Shown: positions 1 to 11,974 of the stretch, in pieces
How positions within the stretch are numbered: the stretch's first letter is position 1
How the letters are laid out: each line of letters starts with the position of its first letter
Made by a program: the position numbers and the translations under genes
Notes under the pieces: model-generated
The model's input: only the letters and a program-made list of their open reading frames with translations
Database searches by the model: none
Told to the model about the DNA's origin: nothing
Assembly: GCF_021869535.1 (NCBI RefSeq)
Contig: NW_026262712.1
Coordinates: forward strand, 64,976,001 to 65,040,000
Source: Mytilus californianus
Taxonomy: Eukaryota
Length of the DNA: 64,000 bases
Direction: 5' to 3'

Positions 1-849
1 ATCATTATTATTGATACTCATAGCTTCTGAAACTATTTTAAACATCCTTGGTTGTAAATGTGAAACCAAGTGTTGTAAGATCAACAGTTCCAAATCTTAG
101 GGTGTTTTATCTTTGTTATTGGCAATAAGTCATGTTTATAATGATGTGCTGTTAAAAAATTTCAAAACATATCTTTATGAAGTTTGTATTTGAATATAAA
201 TCATTTTGTATTGTTCAATTAATTTTTGTACATTCCTTTATTTTGTACAGTGTACAGTACATAATTTGTATATTTATATTTGTTCATTTAAAGATAATTA
301 TATCAAACTATAAGATTAAATATTATTTATATATAACTGGTGTTGTCAATTTATCTGTCTTTATATATGTAATTGGTTGTCTACTGTTCCGGTGCCAATA
401 AGTCGTAAAGTTAATAGAGTAAAATATACCAAAATCTGGCCTTTTTATCTAGCTTTCGAAACCATGAAATACGGCTGCCATTATAAAGCCAAGGTTCCTG
501 AAAGTTTCGTTAAACAACAAACAAAATTTTCATATCAATATTTAGCCAAAAACTGCAAGCTGTTTTTGGGAAGAGTTATAAAGCTATTCATTCTTTCAAG
601 AAGAAAATTTCACTGCAGTGATAGGCATTTATATACTAAAACTAATATTCCTATTATACCAGTTTGACAAAAGGACTAGCAGGTTTCTGGAAAGAGATGT
701 GTACTATTACTTTAAGATAAATTAAAATTTCTTGTGAATTTTAGTGATTTAATATGTCTTTTTAAATTAATTGCTAAAATTTGCTTATTTTCTTTTAAAT
801 GAATTATATCACTTTTTTGCAATGGTAAATGGTGAATCAAATAGGGTAT

Positions 850-1960
850 GTATTGGAAATTGTTTCAAGGATTTCAATTTATTATTCGTCCACAATTTTG
901 CTATTTGTGGCACTTGAAATTCCATAATTCTGGATCCAATAACAATGGAATTAAGACTCTCTGGACATAAAAGAACTTGCCACAACTCGAAGGGTCTGTA
1001 TGTGGCCTATTGCATAGCAAAATTTCTGTCTATCCAACATGCCTCCATTTGCCAGCAATATTGGCTTTCCAAATTTCCCGGTAGTGATCCCAGCCAACCT
1101 TTTTGGCAGAACCTACCTATGATTTTGACTGTTAATAACCCGCGTTGTGAAAGGATCAAGGAGTGTAGTAAACTCTACAAATAAATACAGGTACCTAATT
1201 TGTGTTGTGCTAATCTTCAACAGTATTCAAACTTTGCACACATGCAAATTATAAATGTGGACCCTGTATGCTTATTTTTCTCTGGTTTCTGTTGTAAGGA
1301 ACCTAGTCATTGTCGTGGTTGATTGCTATACAGTTACATAGTTTTGTGTTATGCGCAAATATAGGTCCAACAGCTTCAATTCAATATTATTCAAACTTTG
1401 CACAATTATTAAACTCATACTGATGATGTGCACCACAGTCCAATTGTTTGACTGATTTGAAATATTTTATTCCCAGATTTCCCATGTGTGGAACATAGTA
1501 CAGGTTGAGTCGCCAACGATATAAAAGGTACATTGTTTGTGTCATGCGTAGCTTAAACAGGTTTCCTTCAACATACACTGCATCAGTGATTTCACTCGTA
1601 TTGAAGCTGTGCGTCTCTTGGTTTGGGCAGATTTTAATTATTTATACACAGGTTTCCCATTTGTGGAAAGATAAGTATTTTGTCGTAGAATGCTTTAGAG
1701 TGTACCTACTTGTGGCATACGTAGCTCAAACGGTTTCCTTCAACAGTATTCAAAATTTGCACATGCAATGATTCCGCACATAATAAAGCTGTGCATTTTT
1801 TTAAAAACATGATTACCAAGTTTCCAATGTGTGAAACTAAGAAATTTTGTTACTGAATACTGCATGAGGTACATAGTTTGTGCTCTGTGTAACTGCATCA
1901 GTTTTCCATCATCTGTGTATTGAAGATAACTATAAAAAAAAAAATGATGCACCATAAAAC
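850..1960 (-). pseudogene. Degenerate ~170-bp repeats, possibly decayed sushi/CCP-like modules plus a C-type-lectin-like remnant
   Basis: The plus-strand anchor ttcaacagtattcaaa(a/c)tttgcaca recurs, partly degenerate, near 1220, 1390, 1565 and 1740. Minus-strand peptides such as NTVEGNRLSYVCHK, VEGNL/LSYA*HK, LDCG and VLCSTHGK are broken by stops and frameshifts, and CQKGW occurs near 1100. The domain assignment is by eye only. Confidence 0.25.
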
Positions 1961-2546
1961 TCTGGCTATAATTAGTTAAATCTTGCTTTAGTTCTAGAAA
2001 GGTAAAACCTTTTCTGTTTCTGAGAATTTTCTTAACTATCACAGGAACTTCCATATTCACGCATTTACTTGGTCGAACCTATACAATTGACAAGATTCTG
2101 ATTTGAGAGTTTTCTCAATCTTTATGGCACTAAAGGTTGTTCTTCAAAACAGCACCACGAGACACAGGTTCAGACAATGTGTTGGTCTCAGTGTTCATTC
2201 TCGTCCTGAATATGCAGGAAATATTAGGCATTGGACGTTAAACAAGGAACAATCAACCTATCCTGCTTTCAATAACATTTGCAATTTACCTTATTTGACA
2301 CAGCTTAGTGCTTAAAATATAAGGAAACTACACAGACATCACAACGGTTTTCTTTTTATAACTTCAAAGTAGCACAAAAAAGAAAATCATAGCATACTAT
2401 CAATAATTGCTTATCTCAAAATGTGTCATTCCAAGCTGTCTTATATGCATTTTAATTATAAATCCTGGTATGTTTAATGAGATTTTACAAATGAGTCCAC
2501 AAATGTGCTTCATATTCCCGATCCACTTCTCATTTTACTCTCCTGA

Positions 2547-4219
2547 TTAGCGACCTAAAATTAAAAAAAACGGTATTATTTTTTTTTCTTCATGGTTATA
2601 TCATAGTAATTGTTAGGTGGTAATGTTACTTTAAACACAAAGCTTTAAGTCAAGACCACTAGAACTAGAAAATCTTAAACAAAACATGTATTAATTGATA
2701 TATCATAAGCACAATAAACATAATTCAGATTGGCTATCCTTTAACAGGACTGTCTATAAAGCGATTCAGTCTGCGACTTTGTTGTCTTTTTGCAATAGAG
2801 AAATGCTATTTAATTTTATATTCAAAAACTTCAGTTAGTTACATTAACATTATAAACTCATCATAGATACGAGAATTAAAATTTTGTACGCCAGATTTTG
2901 TCTACATAAGAAACGTTCGAACTATAAAAGTTAAAAGGCCAAATAAACTTCGAAGTTGAAAGCATTGATGACCGAAAATTCCGAAAGGTTTTGCCCCACA
3001 TATGTCATATAGATTTTCGACCATTTAAACCAAACTTATAGGGTTAAGTTTAATTATCATGTTCCCTCCCCTAAGTCAGCATGCATGTATCATATCTGTC
3101 TTTAAGACGCCCAGATAAAAACACACACAAGCCTCTCCTTACCTGAGATATTTTCACACTGATAACTTAGAGACAGATACTTGTCCACATCGGTACACGG
3201 ATTTCCAAATATTTTTGTTGAGGCAAAGACAGTACATTTTTGTCTCCAGTAGCAGTGAGAACGTAGCGTCTGCACAGCCCATGCCGTGTAACAATGTTGT
3301 TCAGCATGTCTTCCTCGACAATGTGTGGAATCCTTTCGTCCAAAATTAGCTTCAATAATTCTAATGATATATCCAACAGGGCATTTAATAGTCCATAACT
3401 GATTCTCACAAATATAAGCATGGTAAGTTGCTGAAAAGTATGTAAAACGATTAATAACTAAACATTTATCGATGACATTTTTGGAAACACAAAACTTTTT
3501 TTCGTACGCCTGAAAACCAAAGGATGTTTTTACCGTTTTTACACAGTCATATTATATGTTGCTGAAAAAAATAATGGAAGTTAGCTAAATTTGATCGATA
3601 GCTTACTGGGTTTTTATACCTTTTAACACAACTTATTAGAATGACTGCTTATGTTACGTCTATACCATGCAACTGCTGCCTGTTGAATTATGCTTCAAGT
3701 CAGAAATAATGCCTTACATTTCTTCTATACTCAGTTTTGAATCCTGTCTAAACTGAATGCTCTTCATAAGCATCATTGTTCCCTCCCAGATGTAATGAGC
3801 ATCATTGTTCCCTCAGATGTAATGAGCTCATACTGTGTTTTTTCTGAGTAATGTTTTATAGAATTTTTTTTCCTTTCTCTTTGTGGTTTGTCTTTTTCGG
3901 TGTTATATTGCACTATTGGTATCTTCCTATCTATATTTGCTGCTCTGAATACAGTCTAGATACATTACATTTTATTTCTTTGTATTAAAGTTATAATCAT
4001 ATTCAATGCATATAGTGTAAAACAAGGTATTCATAATAAACACTGGAAGCTGTAGTTTGAATACTTACGGTCTAATTGACCTCTTTCATGAAAAGCGTTC
4101 CGTGCAATTGATGATTTTTCTTTGATTCCAACATTTTTCAATACCTGTAATAACCTTTCGTAGTTACTCGAGTCTGCACTTGATAACAAACATAACAGGA
4201 TTAATATTAGCAGTTGCAT
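2547..4219 (-). CDS. Secreted single-domain SUEL (D-galactoside/L-rhamnose-binding) lectin, ~148 aa
   Basis: Coding exon 4219-4069 (signal-peptide-like MQLLILILLCLLSSADSS, donor C|GTAAGT, phase 1) joins exon 3430-3143 (288 bp, phase 1-1). That exon reads PTYHAYICENQLWTIKCPVGYIIRIIEANFGRKDSTHC...HCY...HCYWRQKCTVFASTKIFGNPCTDVDKYLSLSYQC, the SUEL pattern (CE..L...C, A.FGR, FG.PC...KYL...YQC). It is in a different frame from the listed 3167..3421 ORF. The probable last exon starts at 2554 (ttttttttaattttag|GT CGC TAA); an acceptor near 2079 is an alternative. A probable 5'UTR exon ends at 4543 (cag|gtaagt). Confidence 0.85.
2850..2997 (-). mobile_element. Degraded hammerhead-repeat (retrozyme-like) fragment, family 1
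   Basis: The reverse complement contains cttatgtagacaaaatctggcgtacaaaatttt and an upstream segment similar to the 27138-27420 copy. The catalytic core is damaged. Confidence 0.6.
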
Positions 4220-5700
4220 TGCTATGTTAATCAGTATACGACCTGCAATTAAAAAAGAAAGATATATGAAAAGGTTGCTACATCTACCACAAATTGCAAA
4301 AATTGCTTCAGTTATTGCAATTATATAAATGATTCTTTTTTCGGTACGAAATAATCAAAATTAAAAAAAAAATCAAATAATCGTGCCTTTTCTTCAACTT
4401 TATAAATCATTTTTCTTCTTCTCTGCCCCTTTGTGTGAATCTTTTTCTGTATTTTTGTAAAACTCTATGATATTTAATTGAAATTATCACTTTATATGCA
4501 TGCATTTATAATAAAAGGAAAGTTTTTAAATATACAACTTACCTGATCAAATAACGGATGACCGTATGAGTCCAACCAGAATTTAAAATACTAATAAACA
4601 AATTTCTCATTTGTTAATACTTTTATCCTTTTATACGATTACAACAATCATACAATTACAGCAAAGCCTTTGTTACATGTATATATACTATGTTCTAATC
4701 GGTCATTCAAAATAAATTAGGGAAAAGCATTGGACTTATTAATCCTTCGTTCTTTATATTGAAAAATAATAAATGAAAACAACACGTTATAAATTTCATG
4801 CGTCCGGTGGGCTTTTCTCGATTTACCTTTATCAGGAACCCTCTAAGCCAAATATTTGAAAGCCAAGGATATAAAAGAACCGAAAAAGTTGACGAGCTAT
4901 ATGACCAATAAAAAGGACCTATAATAATTGCAATGATAGTTGTCTCATTGTCAATCATACCACATCTGCTAATTTTTATATTCTATAATAATTGCAAATC
5001 CTTCGTAGGTCAACTTTGCCAGAGAGAGTTGAAACCTTAGTTTTTTTAATAATGTAGATGCCAATTTTATAAAGGATAGGGAATTACAAATGGTTTACAA
5101 AAACCATTTGTAGTTATAGTTATAAACAGTGCTGAGTTCAAAACGTCGATTCAATTTTGGTCAAGGAGTTTTCATATAACATTGTAAAACTCAAGCGAGA
5201 TCCTTATGCCATTCCTGCTTACGTCAATTCGTCTTTAAGTGATAATGATGTGATGCACACTAAAAGTCTGAAACTTTAGGTGTAAGAAACATGAAATGTG
5301 TAAGTCCATCCCTTTCTAGTTTTAATCTGTTTCGGGTCAATCAATATCCAGGTGCTTTTGTTCATTTGATGAGCCGAAATCATTTTATCAAGTACCTGTA
5401 CCAAGTCAGGAATATGACAGTTGTTTTCTAATCGTTTGAGGTGTTTGAGCTTTTGATTTTGCCATTTGATAAGGGACTTTCCGTTTTGAATTTTTCTTTG
5501 AGTTCGGTATTTTTGTTTTATTACTTTTTATCAATTCTCCTCAGTTGGAGACTTGTATATCTCCAGTTTCTTTTTTTTGAATATTCAAAGTGCTATAAGT
5601 TCAGGAAATGGTTAATACAGGTTTCACATTTCCTTTAAACTTACAATTGAATCAACGATGTTTAGCATTTGGTTATAGGTTAGTCGTTCTTTCGGAACAT

Positions 5701-6058
5701 TAAGTGAATGGCTAATATTAGGTTGATGATATCCTTGGGGAACATAAGTGGATGGCTAATATTAGTTTGATGATATCCTTGGGGAACATAAGTGGATGGC
5801 TAACATTAGGTTGATGATTTGCTTGGGGAACTGAAGTGGATGACTTACATTAGGTTGATGATATCCTTGGGGAACTGCAGTGGATGGCTAACATTATGTT
5901 GATGATATCATTTTGGAACTGAAGTGGATGGCATACATTAGGTTGATGATATCCTTGGGGAATTTAAGTGGATGGCTAACGTTAGGTTAATGATATCCTT
6001 GGGGAACTTAAGTTGATGGCAACCATTATGTTGACGATATCCTTGGGGAACATAAGTG
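5701..6058. repeat. 44-bp minisatellite (~8 copies), resuming at ~7626-7685 beyond the PLE insertion
   Basis: Unit taagtggatggctaacattaggttgatgatatccttggggaaca, with starts at 5701, 5745, 5789 and onward. The same unit reappears at 7626-7685. Confidence 0.95.
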
Positions 6059-7622
6059 AAATTGAGAATGGAAATGGAGAATGTGTCAAAGAGACAACAA
6101 CCCGACCAAAGAGCAGAAAACAGCCCAAAGCCACTAATGGGTCTTCAACATAGCGAGAAAATAACGCACCCGGAGGCGGGCTTCAGCTGGCCCCTAAACA
6201 AATATGTTTACTAGTTCAGTGAAAATGGACGTCACAGTAAACTCCAAAACATATAAATGAACTAAAATTTTTAAAAAACATACCAGACTAACAAAGAACA
6301 GAGGCTCCTGACTTGGGACAGGGGCAAAAATGCGACGGGGTTAAACATGTTTTGTGAGATCTCAACCCTCCCCTATACCTTACGCCAATGTAGAATAAAC
6401 AAACACACAGCAATACGTACAGTAAAACTCAGTTTAAAAGAAGTCCGAGACCGATGTCAGAATAGGTAACAGAAGAAACTAAGCAAAATGACAATGATAC
6501 ATAAATTAACAAAGGACTACTAGCAGTTACTGACATGCCAGCTCCAGACCTCAATTAAACTGATTGACCGTTAGGGGTTTAGTATCATACCATCATAAAA
6601 TATATGTGAAGAACATAAACCGTATCATACCATCATAAAATATATGAGAAGAACATAACCCGTATCATACCAACAACTGGTTTTAGAATAAATGTGTTTA
6701 TTTCCGATACAAAGACCACATGAGTGAATCAATATCAATTCCAAATATGCCATCTTTAATGACCTGACAACAGTATCGTAACTATATCCCTTCCGAATAA
6801 GTCTGTTTAAAGGTTTGGTTAGCTTTTGAGGTAGATGACGACACTTTTGTGCTTTGTATAGCATATTACCATAATAGATTGGATGTGAAATACCTACACG
6901 TATAAGATGTCTGCATGTTGATTTATATTTACGAATGATGTCCTTGTACCGATGATAAAATTTGGAAAATGTTTTTTTACTAGTTTGTGATATCTAAAAC
7001 CCTGGTGGGATAATTTTTTAAGTAATATAGAATCAAATACGTTGTTACATACACGAGCGAATCGAACAAGTTGAGATATATAAACACCATAAGATGGTGA
7101 CAAGGGAACGTCACCATCTTAAATTGGATGATTAACAATAGGAAATGAAACATCATCTCTTTTATCGTAAATTTTGGTATTAATCTTCCCGTTAAATATA
7201 GATATTAAGACCTAGGAAAGGGCAGTGTTCATTGTTTAGTACTAGTTTTATTTAAAGTCAGTTCAGCAGGATAAATTTCTTTAGTGTATATACTGAAGTC
7301 GTCATTATTGAGAGCCAATATATCATCCAAATATCTAAAAGTGTTATTAAAAATATTTTCGTATCAGATGGTGTTTCGATGGTTCTTTGCTGATTTTCCC
7401 ATTGGAATTCCGATAACTTGACGATATGCGGAATCTCCATAGCGAACAAAAAATTTTTCTAGTAAAAATTCAAGTCAAGTCATTGTATCAAAACAGGTCC
7501 AATTGACATAGTTCTTTTGTTTGTTATTACTAAAAAATTACCTAAAAGAGTTTGGACATATATATTTGCATTCTGACTTTTTAAATGCCCCTTTAATTAG
7601 ATGTGTGATTTTTTTCTTAATG
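6059..7622 (-). mobile_element. 5'-truncated Penelope-like retroelement (Naiad-like): decayed RT C-half plus 3'UTR (family A, copy A)
   Basis: With frameshifts the minus strand reads LEFLL..FVRYGDSAYRQVIGIPMG...NNTFRYLDDILALNND...CPFL...[15 protein letters not shown]...[18 protein letters not shown]...YDTVVRSLKMAY..SLYRK* (TAA at 6698-6700). QxxGIPMG and YLDD are PLE-type RT motifs. No GIY-YIG domain follows the RT. Confidence 0.85.
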
Positions 7623-8246
7623 AGATTATGTGGATGGCTTACATTAGATTAATGATATCCGTGGGGAACTTAAGTGGATGGCAAACGTCATCAGTATTCA
7701 TTTTGGAACTAGATGCGTTATTTTGCAACAATGTATAGACTGTTATGTCTTGCATATCTTTTATGCAAACGTGAATTAAAATGTTTTAATCTGATGACCG
7801 ACAAATGGGGACCAAAATAGTATGCCAGTCTTTCTTTATGTGTATAGTATACTGTGTCATGGACAAGTTACGCAAACTTTTCCTCGATGACCAAATCTCA
7901 TTTCATTTCAAATCAATTTACAAACCAACCAAAAAAAGCGTCGAGAAGTTGCTTGTTAGAAACTATTGAGTCTATATAAAAAATATAAACAGCGAAACGA
8001 ATACAAAATGAGCACATAATTTTTATACTTATTCGTTTTTTCAAGAATATTCACGACATTATGATTTTAGTTATTAAATCTTCAAGTAATTAACATAAAG
8101 TGACGAACATATTGCATGTCTTATTTGTTTTGTGTCTCTCTCTAATCTCAAACAGATTTCAGGATATCAGACTATACAGTTATTGGTTACTTTCTTTGAT
8201 GTACCACCTGGTCGGTGGTGATTGTTACAACCATTTTACATACCAT

Positions 8247-8530
8247 AGTCTTATGTAGACGAAACGCGAGTCTGGTGTACCAAATTATAAATCTGGTATT
8301 TTTAATGAATTTTTATAACCACTGGGTCCATGCCACTGTTGGTGGACTTTTCTTTTCCGAGAGTATCACCAGCAAAGCATTATTTCCTTTGTCATATTTG
8401 GCACAACTTTTCGTAATTTTCGTTTTTTAATACTCTTTAACTTGATTTGGTTCCAAATGATTTGATTCGACGCCACTGTTGATCCGTATGTAAACGAAAG
8501 GCGCGTCTCTCGTAATAAATACAAGCCTGG
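8247..8530 (+). mobile_element. Retrozyme-like monomer bounded by two degenerate type-I hammerhead motifs (family 1)
   Basis: gtcttatgtagacGAAAcgcgagtctggtgtac at 8247-8280 and gacgccaCTGTTGAtccgtatgtaaacGAAAggcgcgtc at 8469-8507. The two GAAA motifs are 235 nt apart. Confidence 0.7.
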
Positions 8531-10208
8531 TATTTTTTATTAGGTTTAACAGTGCAAAAGTGCATTCATAGGTAAAAACATGACATGTTTGTTTTTTCAA
8601 AAGTTGTGTACTCCAAACATTTAATTTTTCATTTATTTGTATTTATATGTTACGTATATTTTTGTCTCTATATAATATGATATAAAAGTACAAAAACAAC
8701 TTAAAAGTACCATCAAAGAAAAGACCGACAGTCTGCTGAACCAGATATATTCTCAGTTTTACTCAAATTCAACATGATAAACGTAAGAAGTGATCGAAGT
8801 CCTGATGCAAACCCAGCAAGCTTATCGATACCAAAGCTTCACAAGAGACAGATATATTTCTGAATGAATTTCTCAATTTTCAAAATGAATCTTGTGTAGT
8901 TTTGACGTCGTTAAAACTAACTTATTCAATGGAATCATCTTAACGTTCAGAGAAACATTTTTTCTTCGAAATTTGAAACAATTTCTATTTTTTTTTATTT
9001 TTTTTCCCCCTGAGTATTTATGTCATCCCGATACTGTAGATACATGTAGAGTCATGATTATTTTTACAAATAATTAAAATGTCCGTTTTCAGATAAGCTT
9101 AAACTGATAAACTACATAATTCAAAACCAAGTCACCACCGATGTTTTAAATATATACCTTGTTAGTTAAAGATAGTACATGTTGTTTAATTTGATTGAAA
9201 TATTTCCAATTTAGTTTTGTAAACTGATGAAAGATATTTTCAACTGAATTGATTTGACTGATCATATTCAAAAGCCTTAATGACAATACACCACACATTA
9301 AGATGATTCTTTTATTGTGTTAAACCTTCACGGTTATACACTTAAATATACACACCCTTTAAAACTGTATCAGATACCCTCCACCAAGGTTTGTAACAAT
9401 TACTGGGGTCAATGCATTGATTTTTGAATATGCAAAAGATGTATGTGAATTAGTATTTGATCTAGACTATTACCAAAATCGTCTTGTGTCTTATAGGTAA
9501 GTCTTATTTATGAACGTACACTTTTAATTTGTTACCATGTAGGAAAGTAAGTGGTCTCATAAATATACGTATAAATGAAAAATAAATATCTTAACGATAT
9601 AATGAGATAATGATAAAGAATTTACTTCATTTTCAGTCATGGCTATCACTTGGCATTTTATTTCAGAAAAGTCATGGCCAGCTTTGAAGCTAATACAAGG
9701 AACGAGATAGACAATTTCCTGTAACTACTCCGTAATAAGCACACAGTTGTGTTTACTGCTTGATTCGCGAAATTTACAGTTTGAAATTTTGTTTTAACGG
9801 AAACTTTATTAAGACCTCTGAAGTCTTCCGCAAAGAAGTATTCCTAGAAATAACGCCTCATTCCGGAACTTTATTTAAAAAAAAAACAAAAAGTAGACTT
9901 CTTTATAAAATAAGTTTCTAGGTTTAGACAATAGTGGAGTCTATTCTCAAACTTCATGTGAACACTTGTAAATAACAATTGAATGAATTTAGACAACCCC
10001 TGCGTATCAGTCCGATGCAATGATATAATGGATAAAAACAGGCATCGGGAAAAGTATCATAATCATTATGGTAGATTCTTTTATCTTTTCACGAAAGAAA
10101 TTTCAAATCAAAATTAGCTACCGGTATTAACTCACTGTTTGATTTAGAAAGGAGTGTACCTATTTTTTTTTTATTTGATTTTTTATTTCAGCATACACAT
10201 TTAAAAAT

Positions 10209-11705
10209 ATGTCAGAACTGACCGAGAAATTTAATAACTGCATTATTCATGGGAAGGAACTTGACTATTATTGTCCGAGACACGACGAAGTCATCTGTGA
10301 GTTTTGCATTGAAAGCAAACATGAAGGATGTCGTAACTTAATTGACGTTGATCAAATATCAAAAGACGCTGATCTCAGTGAATTAACAGACATTAAGGAA
10401 GCCGCTGTAGACATGGAGGAAAATATAGAAAGATTTCTAAAAGATCAACGAGAAAACAGAACACAATTAGATGAACAGAAGAATGATATCGCATCAGACA
10501 TTAAGCATTTTAGGGATAAAATCAATGACCATCTTGATCGATTGCAACAAGATCTTATGGATGATTTATCAGAAACACATGAAAAACTGGCTGCTCAAAT
10601 AGAGGAAACCATTAAAGATCTTGAAAATAAGAAATCAAAGCTGGCTTCACTGAAAATGAATTTTGACAATATAGCCGAGGAAGACAAATCACCGACAAAT
10701 TTCATAATAGCCAAAAAAGTGAAGAAAGAATTGACGCGTTTAACGAAACCCTTATCTGTCCTCCTTCATGGCTTGAAACATTCCAATTTAGAATTTGACG
10801 CCAGTACTGAAGCAGAATTAATGGTATTAGAAATTGAGTCTTTTGGCGCGATTGCAATCTCCGAAAAATCATCATCATTACAGTTGACTAGTAAAAATGA
10901 AGATTTGAAATTAAACCTCAATCCTGCAAGAAATATTGCTGAAATTAGACTGAAAGTTAAAACTGATATTAGGATAAAGAATAAAGCCCAGTTGTCTGTA
11001 CAGAAGTGTATCATACTACCAAGCAACCAATTCCTTTTCGTCGATGAAAAAAACGAAAGACTCGTAATTCACGACCAAGATGGATCACATCACCACGATA
11101 TTAGTGTTTCCAATAAACCATTTGATGTTGTTGTAATCGATCCCCGACGCGTTGCAGTGACATTTGGTAGGGGTAGACAACTAGAGATTTTAGACATTTC
11201 GAAACATAAATGTGACAGAATAATTAAAACCGCGAATGATTGTTGGGGAATTTCCCATCGGGATGGAAATCTGTTCGTCGTTGTCTACAGAAAGGGAATA
11301 GAAGTAATCAGTATTGCTGGACAGTTGATAGCCGTCATTCCAATTAATGTAGATCACGTATTTTATATTTCGCTACATTCCGATAAAATTTATTATACTG
11401 ACTGGGCAGAAGACACCGTGAACTGCTGTGACTTTAATGGCGACGAAGTTTGGTGCTACGGTTATGACAATGTCGTTTCAGAGCAGGGAATAGCGACTGA
11501 TGCCGAAGGTAATGTTTTTGTTGTCGGTTATAGAACAAATAACGTTATGGTTACTTCGCCTGATGGCCGACGTTACAAAGTATTGTTGAGCGGGGAATCA
11601 GATGGCCTAAACTGGCCAACAGGACTATTCTACGACGCACAAGGAGATCGCTTATTGATTTGCAATGAAACAGACGGGTATGCTGCACTGTACGACATAG
11701 AATAA
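10209..11705 (+). CDS. RING-less TRIM-like protein: B-box zinc finger, coiled coil and C-terminal NHL/SGL-like beta-propeller (498 aa)
   Basis: Uninterrupted ORF. B-box CIIHGKELDYYCPRHDEVICEFCIESKHEGC is followed by a heptad-rich region and propeller-type repeats (PFDVVV, CWGISHRDGNLFV, QGIATDAEGNVFVVG, WPTGLFYD). An acceptor ttttttatttcag ends at 10191, just upstream of the ATG. Confidence 0.9.
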   Translation: MSELTEKFNNCIIHGKELDYYCPRHDEVICEFCIESKHEGCRNLIDVDQISKDADLSELTDIKEAAVDMEENIERFLKDQRENRTQLDEQKNDIASDIKHFRDKINDHLDRLQQDLMDDLSETHEKLAAQIEETIKDLENKKSKLASLKMNFDNIAEEDKSPTNFIIAKKVKKELTRLTKPLSVLLHGLKHSNLEFDASTEAELMVLEIESFGAIAISEKSSSLQLTSKNEDLKLNLNPARNIAEIRLKVKTDIRIKNKAQLSVQKCIILPSNQFLFVDEKNERLVIHDQDGSHHHDISVSNKPFDVVVIDPRRVAVTFGRGRQLEILDISKHKCDRIIKTANDCWGISHRDGNLFVVVYRKGIEVISIAGQLIAVIPINVDHVFYISLHSDKIYYTDWAEDTVNCCDFNGDEVWCYGYDNVVSEQGIATDAEGNVFVVGYRTNNVMVTSPDGRRYKVLLSGESDGLNWPTGLFYDAQGDRLLICNETDGYAALYDIE

Positions 11706-11974
11706 CATATTGTATAGTTTTTGTTATAACAGACTATACAAATATTCAAATAGACTATATAAAAAGACATTCACAAAGTATTAGTATTATAAATGTGAAA
11801 AAGCATTATTATGATATTGAAGAGTGAGAGAATATGTTAAAAATTTAGAACGTAAAGAAATAATTCTCGAAAAAAAAACTCACTACATGAAGTATAATTT
11901 AACTTTTGGGGTTCAAAAACCGTCGAACGTATAAAAATAAGAAGTTGTGATAAAATTGCCAATGAAACAACCAT

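Noticed and set aside
3167-3421. Listed 84-aa ORF as the real product
   Set aside because: The true exon is in another frame, which gives the SUEL domain and matches the splice phases.
7340-7480. TGA codons in the PLE RT fragment as Sec codons
   Set aside because: They fall at or next to frameshift and deletion points (for example PSKHHLI reads through in another frame), and the visible Cys codons are TGT/TGC.
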